Assembly (NCBI GenBank): GCA_964434115.1
Contig: CAYSSX010000003.1
Span: forward strand, 268,554 to 332,553
DNA: 64,000 bases
Direction of reading: 5' to 3'
From: an uncultured bacterium
GTDB lineage: Bacteria > Omnitrophota > Omnitrophia > Omnitrophales > Aquincolibacteriaceae
Part shown: piece by piece, positions 17,729 through 27,050 of the stretch
Position numbering within the stretch: position 1 is the first letter of the stretch
Layout of the letters: every line of letters begins with the position of its first letter
Notes under the pieces: model-generated
Told to the model about the DNA's origin: nothing
The model's input: only the letters and a program-made list of their open reading frames with translations
The model's database searches: none
Made by a program: the position numbers and the translations under genes

Positions 17729-20200
17729 ATGTTTGACCGTTTCACTGAAAGAGCGAGAAAAGTCATTATCCTGGCAAAAGAAGAAGCCAAGCGTTTTAAC
17801 CACGATTACATCGGCACCGAGCATATCCTGCTTGGTTTGATCAAGGAAGGCGAAAGCGTTGCCGCGGCCGTTCTTCAAAACCTCGGCCTTTCACTGGATA
17901 CGATCCGGCTGGAAGTTGAAAAGCTGGTTCAATTCGGCCCAGCCACGATTGTTTCGGGAGATATTCCCTTCACCCCCAAAGCCAAGAAGGTCATTGAACT
18001 GGCTATGGATGAAGCCCGGCGTCTCGGGCACAACTACATCGGCACGGAGCACCTTCTTTTGGGTTTGATCAAGGAAGGCGAGGGCGTTGCCAGCCACGTG
18101 CTTATGAATGTGGGGCTGGATTTGAATAAAGTCCGTGCGGAAGTGATCAAGCTTCTAGGCTCTTCCACCCCCAGCGGTTCTTCAGGTCAGGGCGGCCCGG
18201 GCGCAAGCGGAGGCGGGGGTTCTTCTGTCGGCAGCGCGGGAAAAGGAAAAGCGAAAACACCCGCACTGGATGCCTTTGGCCGGGATCTATCCCAGATGGC
18301 CAGGGAAGGCAAATTGGATCCTGTGGTGAACCGTCAGGAAGAAATCGAACGCGTGATTCAGATTCTGGCGCGCCGCACCAAAAACAACCCTGTTTTGCTT
18401 GGAGAAGCGGGTGTGGGTAAAACCGCGATTGTAGAAGGTCTTGCTCAGCGCATTATCACGGGCGATGTTCCGGAAATCCTGCTCGACAAGAGGATTGTGG
18501 TGCTGGATCTGGCTTTGATGGTGGCCGGAACAAAATACCGCGGTCAATTTGAAGAGCGTATCAAAGCGGTTATGGATGAAATCCGCCGTTCGGACAATGT
18601 CATGGTGTTTATTGATGAAATTCACACCTTGGTGGGAGCCGGAGGAGCGGAAGGCGCAATCGATGCCTCGAATATTTTGAAACCCGCGCTTTCCCGCGGC
18701 GAAATTCAGTGCATCGGAGCCACGACACTTGATGAATACCGCAAATACATTGAGAAGGATGCCGCGCTGGCCCGCCGTTTTCAGACGATTATGGTGGATC
18801 CGCCGTCAGTCGATGAAGCCATCCAGATTTTAAAAGGTCTTCGCGACAAATATGAAGCCCACCATCGCGTAAAAATTCTCGATGAAGCCATTGAAGCGGC
18901 TGTGAAGCTTTCGGAACGTTACATCAGCGGGCGCTACCTTCCGGATAAGGCCATTGACCTTATCGACGAAGCCGCCAGCCGCGCGCGTCTTTCGATGACA
19001 ACGATGCCGAAGGATCTGAAAAAACTGGAATCCGAAATCGAAGCCTTTAAACGCGAGAAAGAAGCCGCGATCAAGGCGCAGGATTTTGAGAAAGCCGCCA
19101 AACTTCGTGACGATGAGCGCAAGGCAAAAGAAGAATTGCTTAACGTCAAGAAACGCTGGAAGGAATCTAAATCCGAGGTTGAGGTTCAGGTCACGGAAGA
19201 GGACATTGCCAATATCGTCGCAAAGTGGACAGGCGTTCCTCTTGCCCGGCTTGAAGAAAAAGAAACGTCCCGCCTTCTTCGCATGGAGGAGGAACTTCAT
19301 AAAAGGGTGATCGGCCAGGATGAAGCGATCCGCGCGATTTCGCACGCGGTGCGCCGTTCCCGTTCCGGTCTCCGCAACCCCCGCCGCCCGATCGGGACTT
19401 TTATTTTCCTCGGTCCTACAGGCGTGGGTAAAACCCTTTTGGCGCGCGCTCTGGCTGAATTCATGTTCGGCGACGGCGATGCGGTGATTGTTGTGGACTG
19501 CTCGGAATACGGAGAAAAATTCAACGTTTCCCGCCTTGTCGGAGCGCCTCCGGGATACGTGGGCTACGAAGAAGGCGGTCAGCTGACGGAAAAAGTCCGC
19601 CGCCGTCCCTACTCGGTTGTGCTTTTTGACGAAATCGAAAAAGCCCATCCCGACGTCTTCAATATCCTCCTTCAATTGATGGAAGAAGGACGGTTGACGG
19701 ATTCTTTCGGACGCAAGGTGGATTTCCGCAACACGGTGATCATCATGACATCGAACGTCGGTGCAGATCTTGTGCAGAAAAGCAGCATGGGATTTATTGA
19801 GAAAAAAGTGGAAATCGACTACGAAGCCTTGAAGCGCCGCCTGCTGGATGAAATCAAGCGTGCTTTCAGGCCCGAGTTCCTCAATCGTATTGATGACACC
19901 ATCGTGTTTCACCCGCTGGTTCGTCAGGATCTTGAGCAGATTATTGGTTTTGAGCTCAAAGAGGTCAAAGACAGGCTCAAGGAAAAGAACATGGAGCTTG
20001 TCCTGAGTCCGGAGGCGATCAAGTTTTTGATCGATAAAGGCTATGACCCTGTTTTTGGCGCCCGGCCGCTCAAGAGAACACTCCAGAAGTATCTTGAGAA
20101 TGTTCTTGCCGAAGACATTCTCTCCGGAAAATTCCAGGAAGGTGACAAAATCAAGGCGGAACTTCGCGGCGATATTGTGACTTTCGAAAAGGCGAGCTGA
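17729..20200 (+). CDS. clpC: ATP-dependent Clp protease ATP-binding subunit ClpC
   Basis: Duplicated Clp_N repeats ('ERARKVIILAKEEAKRFNHDYIGTEHILLGLIKEG' twice). Two AAA+ modules ('GEAGVGKTAIVEGLA', 'FLGPTGVGKT'). UVR-like middle domain. A Gly/Ser-rich linker is inserted after the N-domain. GGAGG Shine-Dalgarno. Confidence 0.9.
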   Translation: MFDRFTERARKVIILAKEEAKRFNHDYIGTEHILLGLIKEGESVAAAVLQNLGLSLDTIRLEVEKLVQFGPATIVSGDIPFTPKAKKVIELAMDEARRLGHNYIGTEHLLLGLIKEGEGVASHVLMNVGLDLNKVRAEVIKLLGSSTPSGSSGQGGPGASGGGGSSVGSAGKGKAKTPALDAFGRDLSQMAREGKLDPVVNRQEEIERVIQILARRTKNNPVLLGEAGVGKTAIVEGLAQRIITGDVPEILLDKRIVVLDLALMVAGTKYRGQFEERIKAVMDEIRRSDNVMVFIDEIHTLVGAGGAEGAIDASNILKPALSRGEIQCIGATTLDEYRKYIEKDAALARRFQTIMVDPPSVDEAIQILKGLRDKYEAHHRVKILDEAIEAAVKLSERYISGRYLPDKAIDLIDEAASRARLSMTTMPKDLKKLESEIEAFKREKEAAIKAQDFEKAAKLRDDERKAKEELLNVKKRWKESKSEVEVQVTEEDIANIVAKWTGVPLARLEEKETSRLLRMEEELHKRVIGQDEAIRAISHAVRRSRSGLRNPRRPIGTFIFLGPTGVGKTLLARALAEFMFGDGDAVIVVDCSEYGEKFNVSRLVGAPPGYVGYEEGGQLTEKVRRRPYSVVLFDEIEKAHPDVFNILLQLMEEGRLTDSFGRKVDFRNTVIIMTSNVGADLVQKSSMGFIEKKVEIDYEALKRRLLDEIKRAFRPEFLNRIDDTIVFHPLVRQDLEQIIGFELKEVKDRLKEKNMELVLSPEAIKFLIDKGYDPVFGARPLKRTLQKYLENVLAEDILSGKFQEGDKIKAELRGDIVTFEKAS

Positions 20201-20305
20201 AGAGTTTTTAGAGAAGCGGATAATTTTTTGAAAACGCAGCTTTGTTAGGCTGCCACCGCTCTCGATCGATCAGCCCACAACAGGGGTTCCCCGGCGGAAA
20301 GAGTT

Positions 20306-21121
20306 TTGAAAACAACCTACGCTGTCTTGAGAAAATTAGTGCCTGTCCGAACGGCCATTCAAACCGTGGGTGTCATGGCCATTGAGCTTTCGCGCCATGC
20401 CGGCGGATTGAGCATTCTCCTGCAGGATACTCTCCGGACACTTTTCAAAACCAAACTCAAGTGGGATTTGACGCTCGATCAGATGTACAAAATCGGCGTG
20501 ACTTCACTGCCTCTGGTTTCGATGACCGCCCTTTTCACCGGAATGGTTTTGGCTCTCCAATCGGCTTACCAGCTGCGTCTTTTTGCGGCCGAGCAATTCA
20601 TTGCCGACCTTGTGGCTATGTCCATCACCCGTGAGCTTGGCCCTGTGCTTACCGCCATGGTCGTGGCCGGACGTGTGGGCGCTTCTATGGCGGCGGAGCT
20701 TGGCACCATGAAAGTGACTGAGCAGATTGACGCTATGAAAGTGCTGGCCGTAGACCCTATCCGTTACCTTGTTGTGCCGCGTTTTGTGGCCGCGTTTTTC
20801 ATGCTCTTTCTCCTGACGGTTTACGCAGACACCATCGGTATGCTGGGCGGCTACCTGATTTCGGTTTTTAAGCTGGGCATGAGTTCCCATCAGTACATCA
20901 CGCGCAGCGCGACGGTTTTGATCGTTAAAGATGTGATGACGGGGTTGATCAAGGCCTTTGTTTTCGGAGGCATTATCGCGGTGGTGGGATGCTATTTTGG
21001 ATTTCGTGCTACCGGGGGTGCTGAAGGTGTTGGCCGTGCCACAACGCTTGCCGTGGTGGCGGCTCTTGTCCTTGTGATCGCATCCGATGCGCTGTTTACA
21101 GCGTTTTTTTATTTCTTTTAA
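20306..21121 (+). CDS. mlaE: Mla/Mce-type ABC transporter permease
   Basis: 271 aa polytopic membrane protein with the MlaE-like conserved 'LGPVLTAMVVAGRVGASMAAELGTMKVTEQIDAM'. TTG start. Confidence 0.8.
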   Translation: MKTTYAVLRKLVPVRTAIQTVGVMAIELSRHAGGLSILLQDTLRTLFKTKLKWDLTLDQMYKIGVTSLPLVSMTALFTGMVLALQSAYQLRLFAAEQFIADLVAMSITRELGPVLTAMVVAGRVGASMAAELGTMKVTEQIDAMKVLAVDPIRYLVVPRFVAAFFMLFLLTVYADTIGMLGGYLISVFKLGMSSHQYITRSATVLIVKDVMTGLIKAFVFGGIIAVVGCYFGFRATGGAEGVGRATTLAVVAALVLVIASDALFTAFFYFF

Positions 21122-21165
21122 GCAAGGATTTTTTTGCCCCCGGAAGACGGAAACGCTGAAAAATT

Positions 21166-21930
21166 ATGATTGAAATTCGTGATCTTCACAAGTGGTTTGG
21201 CAGTCAGCATGTTTTGAAGGGCGTTAATCTTGAGATTCGTAATGGGGAAACGATTGTCATTATTGGGCAGTCAGGCTGCGGGAAAAGCGTACTTTTAAAA
21301 CATATCGTCGGATTACTGGATCCCGACCAGGGAACCGTCATGATTGACGGGACGGATATTTTTAGCCTGCCAGCGCATGAAATGAATGAGTTCCGCCCTA
21401 AGCTGGGAATGCTTTTTCAGGGCGCCGCTCTTTTTGACTCGTTGACGGTGCAGGAAAACGTAGGGTTCGCGCTTTATGAAAATTCGAAGCTTTCAGAGTC
21501 AGAAATTCGAAACAAAGTCCGTGAAAAGCTGGGGATGGTGGGTCTCGCGGGCGTTGAGGAAAAAATGCCCGCCGCACTTTCCGGAGGAATGAAAAAGCGA
21601 GTGGGTCTTGCCCGGGCCATTTGCAACGAGCCCAAAATTATTCTTTATGATGAACCGACAACGGGGTTGGACCCGATCAATTCGGACGTTATTAACCAAT
21701 TGATCCTGCGGATGCAGGCGAAGCTGAAAGTCACTTCGATTGTGGTGACCCACGACATGACCAGTGCTTTTAAAGTTGGAAACCGGATCGCGATGCTTTA
21801 TCAGGGCGTCCTCATCGGCATCGGAACACCGGATGAAATCAAAAAATCTGATAACCCGGTCATCCGGCAGTTTATAAGCGGATCGGCCGAAGGTCCCATT
21901 AAGCAGGACCGGGACTCTTCGAACATCTGA
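21166..21930 (+). CDS. mlaF: Mla-type ABC transporter ATP-binding protein
   Basis: Walker A 'GQSGCGKS', signature 'LSGGMKKRVGLARAI', Walker B 'ILYDEPTTGLD'. Confidence 0.8.
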   Translation: MIEIRDLHKWFGSQHVLKGVNLEIRNGETIVIIGQSGCGKSVLLKHIVGLLDPDQGTVMIDGTDIFSLPAHEMNEFRPKLGMLFQGAALFDSLTVQENVGFALYENSKLSESEIRNKVREKLGMVGLAGVEEKMPAALSGGMKKRVGLARAICNEPKIILYDEPTTGLDPINSDVINQLILRMQAKLKVTSIVVTHDMTSAFKVGNRIAMLYQGVLIGIGTPDEIKKSDNPVIRQFISGSAEGPIKQDRDSSNI

Positions 21931-21962
21931 ACCTTTTTAGATCAAAGAACAGGCAGGGAGCA

Positions 21963-22763
21963 ATGAAAAAGCAGCGCAACGAAGTGATGGTTGGAATGTT
22001 TGTCATCGTGGGTTTTATTGTTTTGACGCTGACCCTGTTTTTTGTCAGCGGTGTCTACCTTTTCCGGCCCGGCTATAAGATCAGCGCGATGTATGAATAC
22101 GTCAGCATTCTGGATAAAGGTGCTCCTGTGCGTATGGCCGGGGTTCGCATCGGCGAAGTGGATAAGGTCGATTTGATTTTTGACCCGAATCTCGGCCGCA
22201 CACGCGTCAAAATTACGCTTTTTATCAACAATGGCGTCGAGATCCGTGAGAACTATAAATTTTATATCCGGGGCACGCACATTTTGAGTGAACCGCATAT
22301 TGAAATTTCTCCGGTAGAGGGAAATGCTCCGATGCTGAAAGCGGGCACTGTTCTGGAAGGTGAAAACCCCGTGCCCCTTGAGGAGCTCATTGAAAAGGCC
22401 CATGCGATCGCGTCCCATCTTGAATCTGTTCTAGGCAGTTTCCGCAATGCCGTGGGTGCTGATGACAATGGCCAGACGCTCAAAAGCCTGCTCATCAACA
22501 TGGAAAAGCTCACAGGCTCTCTCAGTAAGGTGATGGAGGGTTCTGAGACGGACATGAAAGACACGCTCCAAAACCTTCACGATTCCTCGGAAGCGATGAA
22601 TCAGATTTTAAGCAAGGTTGAGTCGGGAGAAGGATCCGCAGGGAAACTTCTCATGACCGACGATCTTCACAATGAACTTCTCGCTTTTGTGAAGGAAATC
22701 AAGACCCACCCCTGGCGGTTGATGAAGAAAGACGGGGGCGGCAAGTTTCTCGGGCTTTTTTAG
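21963..22763 (+). CDS. mlaD: MCE-domain periplasmic substrate-binding protein
   Basis: N-terminal TM anchor 'VMVGMFVIVGFIVLTLTLFF' followed by an MCE domain ('YVSILDKGAPVRMAGVRIGEV'); coiled-coil C-terminal extension. Confidence 0.75.
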   Translation: MKKQRNEVMVGMFVIVGFIVLTLTLFFVSGVYLFRPGYKISAMYEYVSILDKGAPVRMAGVRIGEVDKVDLIFDPNLGRTRVKITLFINNGVEIRENYKFYIRGTHILSEPHIEISPVEGNAPMLKAGTVLEGENPVPLEELIEKAHAIASHLESVLGSFRNAVGADDNGQTLKSLLINMEKLTGSLSKVMEGSETDMKDTLQNLHDSSEAMNQILSKVESGEGSAGKLLMTDDLHNELLAFVKEIKTHPWRLMKKDGGGKFLGLF

Positions 22764-22908
22764 TTTTGACGGATTTTTTTGGCCAGGTAGTGAGGCTTTT
22801 TAAATAGTGTCTTAAGCAAGTCCATAGATGTTTTTTATTTTTTAAGAGGGCGCATGTTTTTTCATTCTTTTCATTTTCATGATTTTTTCACATTGAGGAG
22901 TTCTTCAT

Positions 22909-24009
22909 ATGATCCTTGTCATCCGGATTTTATTCATTCTGGGCTGCGGTCTTTACACTTATTATTCGGACAATCCCTGGTTTCACAGTCTTCAGCTTTC
23001 GGATCTTCCGCTGGTCCGGGGGGGCATCGGGCTTCTTCTCGGAACACTCATTGTCTCCATCGACATCTTCTTTAAGCGTTTCACGGTCCGCAATATCCTC
23101 TCCATCATTATCGGAGCGGCGCTCGGCCTGCTGGTTCACAAACTGCTGATGTCCGTTATGGTGGCCCTGGATTTTCCGGTGGACGCTCTCAAGCAGTTCG
23201 GCGCTTCCACGGCGATTATCTTTACCTATCTTGGGATTGTGACCATTCTCCGGGGGCAGGACGAGTTTACCCTGATCATTCCCTTTGTGAAGCTTGATAC
23301 CAAGGGATCCGGCGAAGAGCTTATTTTAGTTGATACCAGTGTGATCATTGACGGCCGCATCGCGGACATCTGTGAAACCCATTTCCTGACCGGGAAACTG
23401 ATTCTTCCGCGCTTTGTTCTGAAAGAGCTGCAGTTGATTTCGGATTCTTCAGACCCGCTTAAACGCAACCGCGGCCGCCGAGGACTCGACATTTTGAACC
23501 GCATCAAGAGCAACCCCAATGTTCAAGTGAAAATCAATGAAATGGATTTCCCGGAATTCAATACCGTGGATGCCAAGCTTGTGAAGATGGGGCAGGTTCT
23601 CAATGCCAAGGTATTTACCAACGACTACAACCTGAACAAGGTTGCGGAGCTGCAAGGCGTCAAGGTTCTCAATATTAATGAGCTGGCCAATGCCCTGAAG
23701 CCCATCGTGATGCCTGGGGAATTGATGCAGGTCAAGATTTTGAAAGAGGGAAAAGAACCCGATCAGGGTGTCGCGTATCTTGATGACGGAACAATGGTTG
23801 TCGTGGATAACGGCCGCCGCCGCATGGGGCAGACTCTCAGCGTCACGATCACCAGCGTTCTCCAGACTCAAGCCGGGCGCATGATTTTCGCGCGACTGTC
23901 AGATGATTCTGACGGCGGAGGAGATAGAAACCGCGGGCGTTCACCCAGACAAGACGAACTGCGGGCGCAGTCACCGGCGGGCGATTCAGGCGCGTCCAAA
24001 CACGTCTGA
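22909..24009 (+). CDS. yacL: Membrane-anchored PIN plus TRAM domain protein (YacL-like)
   Basis: Three or four N-terminal TM helices. PIN domain '[17 protein letters not shown]...[10 protein letters not shown]'. C-terminal TRAM-like '[24 protein letters not shown]', then an acidic/Gly-rich tail. Sits upstream of ispDF, as in Bacillus. Confidence 0.65.
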   Translation: MILVIRILFILGCGLYTYYSDNPWFHSLQLSDLPLVRGGIGLLLGTLIVSIDIFFKRFTVRNILSIIIGAALGLLVHKLLMSVMVALDFPVDALKQFGASTAIIFTYLGIVTILRGQDEFTLIIPFVKLDTKGSGEELILVDTSVIIDGRIADICETHFLTGKLILPRFVLKELQLISDSSDPLKRNRGRRGLDILNRIKSNPNVQVKINEMDFPEFNTVDAKLVKMGQVLNAKVFTNDYNLNKVAELQGVKVLNINELANALKPIVMPGELMQVKILKEGKEPDQGVAYLDDGTMVVVDNGRRRMGQTLSVTITSVLQTQAGRMIFARLSDDSDGGGDRNRGRSPRQDELRAQSPAGDSGASKHV

Positions 24010-24010
24010 C

Positions 24011-25231
24011 ATGGAACGCGTTTCCCTGATTATCGCGGGCGGCGGTTCCGGTGAAAGGTTCCGCAAAGCGCTTGAAAACCGCGGACGGTTAAAGGGAGCT
24101 TCAAAAAAAGCTTCCAAGGTTTTTGTCGACCTGGCGGGCAAACCGGTTTTAGTGCATGCCTTGCTGGCGCTTAAAAAAGTTCCGGCCATCCGCGAAATTA
24201 TTTTAGCGGTTCCCTCGGCAGCTGTCGCTGAGACCCGGGGCCTGTTAAAACTTCAAGGCCTCTCAGACGTCAGCGTTACCGCGGGCGGAGCAACCCGCGC
24301 TGAATCAGTGCTCAAAGCCTTGAAGAAAACAAATCCCAAAAGTGTCTGGGTCCTGGTGCATGACGGTGCGCGGCCTCTGATTGCCCCTGAGTCGGTTCGA
24401 AAGCTGATGCGTGAAGCCCGGGGGGCGGATGCCGCGGTTCTGGCGTCTCCGATTGCCGCGACTGTGAAGCAGGTCAACGTCAGAACTTTCGGAATCGAAA
24501 GAACGCTCGATCGAAATGTTTTATTTGCTGCAGAAACACCCCAGTTTGCGCGGCGCAGCCTGCTGATGAAAGCGTATGAAACTCTCCCAAACGCACTCCA
24601 GGCTACCGACGAAGCATCGCTGGTAGAGGCCGTGGGCGGCAGGGTCAGAATCGTGACTCATGACGCCTGGAACCCCAAAATTACGACGCTTCAGGATTTT
24701 GATCTGGCGGAAGCTTATTTGCGCGGGAGGGAAACTGTGGAAACCAGAACCGGTCTTGGCCGTGACACTCACCGGCTTGTGAAGGGCAGAAAGTTTTGGC
24801 TCGGCGGTCTTAAGATCCCGCATACCCTGGGCCCTCTTGGGCATTCCGACGGGGACGCGCTTTTGCACGCCATCGTGGACGCTATTCTGGGCGGTCTTTG
24901 TAAAGGTGATATTGGGGATTGGTTCAGCGACAAAAGTCCTCAATTCAAAGGCATGTCGAGTTCCAAATTCGTTGAAGCTGTTATGAAGGAAGCTTTGAAG
25001 GACGGCTGGAAACCTGTTCATGTGGATACGGTGGTGACATTGGAACGCCCGAAACTGGGGCCGTACAAAAGAAAAATGGCCGCCAAAATCGGGTCCCTTC
25101 TGGGGTTGAAAGAGGATGCTGTGTCGGTGAAGGCAAAAACAGCGGAAGGGTTAGGCGCCGAGGGATCAGGTCTGGCTGTCACCGCAGAGGCGCTTGTCAC
25201 CATGGTTCGTTCAACGGAAAGAGCCGTTTGA
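24011..25231 (+). CDS. ispDF: Bifunctional 2-C-methyl-D-erythritol 4-phosphate cytidylyltransferase / 2-C-methyl-D-erythritol 2,4-cyclodiphosphate synthase
   Basis: N-terminal IspD half ('VSLIIAGGGSGERF', 'VLVHDGARPLI'). C-terminal IspF half ('GHSDGDALLHAIVDAILGG', 'VDTVVTLERPKL'). ATG immediately after the yacL stop. Confidence 0.85.
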   Translation: MERVSLIIAGGGSGERFRKALENRGRLKGASKKASKVFVDLAGKPVLVHALLALKKVPAIREIILAVPSAAVAETRGLLKLQGLSDVSVTAGGATRAESVLKALKKTNPKSVWVLVHDGARPLIAPESVRKLMREARGADAAVLASPIAATVKQVNVRTFGIERTLDRNVLFAAETPQFARRSLLMKAYETLPNALQATDEASLVEAVGGRVRIVTHDAWNPKITTLQDFDLAEAYLRGRETVETRTGLGRDTHRLVKGRKFWLGGLKIPHTLGPLGHSDGDALLHAIVDAILGGLCKGDIGDWFSDKSPQFKGMSSSKFVEAVMKEALKDGWKPVHVDTVVTLERPKLGPYKRKMAAKIGSLLGLKEDAVSVKAKTAEGLGAEGSGLAVTAEALVTMVRSTERAV

Positions 25232-25581
25232 AAATGAGCTTTTTTAGAAATCTAAGGACATTGCTCACTTTGCTGATTTTGAGCCCGGCTTTGGGCTTTG
25301 CCTCGGGAGGTTTTTTGGGGGATCAGGGCACGAGCCGAGGCCCGTCCGAAGAGACGCTCGAAAAGTGTTTCCTGTTTCCGGACCCCGGCATGCGCAGCGG
25401 CTGCCTTATCGATATTTCGGTCAAAGAGAAAGATGTTTTGAATTGTGACCTTATTGAAATCCCCGGGATGGTCCATGACTGCATTGATCAGGTGGCGGCC
25501 GTAACGGCAATTACCGATGACAAATGCAAGATCATGAATGAAAAGTTTCGGGATCATTGCCGGCGAGCCATACGCCGTTAG
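25228..25581 (+). CDS. Hypothetical small secreted Cys-rich protein (signal peptide, 6 Cys)
   Basis: N-terminal 'MKMSFFRNLRTLLTLLILSPALGFASG' signal-like sequence; six cysteines in ~85 mature residues. Start overlaps the ispDF stop. No recognisable family. Confidence 0.4.
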   Translation: MKMSFFRNLRTLLTLLILSPALGFASGGFLGDQGTSRGPSEETLEKCFLFPDPGMRSGCLIDISVKEKDVLNCDLIEIPGMVHDCIDQVAAVTAITDDKCKIMNEKFRDHCRRAIRR

Positions 25582-25625
25582 GCAAACACGTGCAAGAGCA
25601 TTCTTAAAAGATTGAGGAACAAGAA

Positions 25626-27050
25626 ATGATCAGAGTGAGATTTGCGCCGTCGCCGACAGGTTACATTCACCTTGGAAATGTCCGCACGGCTCTTTTTAAC
25701 TACCTTTTTGCAAAAAACCAGGGCGGAAAATTTATCCTCCGTGTTGAAGACACGGATCTTGAACGCTCCAAGCCGGAATACCGGGAAGCGTTGATGGAAG
25801 ATCTCCGCTGGATGGGCATTCAGTGGGATGAAGGCCCTGAGGCGGGAGGCTCTTTCGGTCCGTATCTTCAGTCCGAGCGGCTTTCTATTTATAAGACCTA
25901 TGTGGATAAATTGCTTGCTGAAGGAAAGGCTTATTACTGTTACGTCACTGAAGAAGAGACCGAGGAATCCAAAAGGCTGGCCCGACTCGAGAAGCGGCCG
26001 CCGCGTTTTGATAACCGCGGCCGTCATTTTTCGGCGCAGGAAATCGAAGCGCGGAAGGCCCGGGGAATTAAACCCACCATCCGTTTCAGGGTCGAAGATC
26101 CCCAGGTTATCCTGCATGACCTTGTCCGTGGAGAGGTGCATTTTAATCTCGATGACATGGTCGGTGATTTCGTGATTGTCCGAGCGGATGGTTCCCCGAC
26201 TTTTCATCTTGCGGTCTGCATTGATGACGGGCTTATGAAGGTTTCGCACGTGATCCGCGGTGAAGATCATCTCTCCAATACTCCCAAACATATTTTGCTT
26301 CTGCGTGCCATGGGGTTTGAACCGCCCCAGTACGGACACCTTGCGCTTATTCATGGTCCGGGCGGTGAACCTCTCTCGAAACGTTTGGGAGATGTTTCGG
26401 TGCGCGAGTTTCGCCGTAAGGGCTACCTGCCTTACGGTTTGGCCAACTATATCGCGCTTCTGGGCTGGTCTCCGGGCGAAAACCGAGAAATCATGTCATG
26501 GCAGGAATTGCAGAGCCTCTTCAGTCTGGACCGCGTGAACAAGGCCCCATCGATTTACGACCCCCATAAGCTTGATTGGCTGAACGGGGAGCATCTCCGC
26601 CGTTTGACGGCCGAAGAATTTTCAGTAAAGGCCTTCGCCTTTTTAAAATCCGGCGGTTTTACAAAAGGAATCGATGAGACGCTTCTTGCCAAGGTTTTGC
26701 CGGTCTTTCAGGACAACATTGAACGTTTTGATCAATTGCCTGAAAAACTTACATTTCTTGCGGATGATTTTTCTTATGAGAACAAGGCCTGGCTTGAAAG
26801 CCCGGAAGGCCGTGAAGTCTGCGGGGCCGCGCTTCAAGTGCTTCCTTCTCTCGCTGGCGAAGGCGAAGCTTTGTATGAGAATTTTGTAAATGCGCTGAAG
26901 CCGAAGGTGAAGGCAAAGGGCAAGAATCTTTTTATGCCGATCCGCATGGCTCTTACCGGCCGTGAACACGGACCTGAAATGAAGCGTCTTTTTCCGGTTC
27001 TTGGTCTTGACCGCGCAAAAGCACGCTTTGAAAAAGCAGAAAAATGCTGA
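25626..27050 (+). CDS. gltX: Glutamate--tRNA ligase
   Basis: 'RFAPSPTGYIHLGNVRTAL' HIGH region; 'KLSKR'-type 'EPLSKRLGD' KMSKS motif. Confidence 0.9.
   Translation: MIRVRFAPSPTGYIHLGNVRTALFNYLFAKNQGGKFILRVEDTDLERSKPEYREALMEDLRWMGIQWDEGPEAGGSFGPYLQSERLSIYKTYVDKLLAEGKAYYCYVTEEETEESKRLARLEKRPPRFDNRGRHFSAQEIEARKARGIKPTIRFRVEDPQVILHDLVRGEVHFNLDDMVGDFVIVRADGSPTFHLAVCIDDGLMKVSHVIRGEDHLSNTPKHILLLRAMGFEPPQYGHLALIHGPGGEPLSKRLGDVSVREFRRKGYLPYGLANYIALLGWSPGENREIMSWQELQSLFSLDRVNKAPSIYDPHKLDWLNGEHLRRLTAEEFSVKAFAFLKSGGFTKGIDETLLAKVLPVFQDNIERFDQLPEKLTFLADDFSYENKAWLESPEGREVCGAALQVLPSLAGEGEALYENFVNALKPKVKAKGKNLFMPIRMALTGREHGPEMKRLFPVLGLDRAKARFEKAEKC

Noticed and set aside
17622-17729. Possible CtsR operator upstream of clpC ('tAGTCAAtgGTTTGcc')
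   Set aside because: Only one heptad approximates A/GGTCAAA, the second repeat is not a direct repeat, and no ctsR gene is present in the window.
18830-19912. 360-aa ORF on the minus strand
   Set aside because: It lies entirely antisense inside the well-supported clpC gene. It has no recognisable motifs and its composition mirrors clpC codons. It is a spurious shadow ORF.
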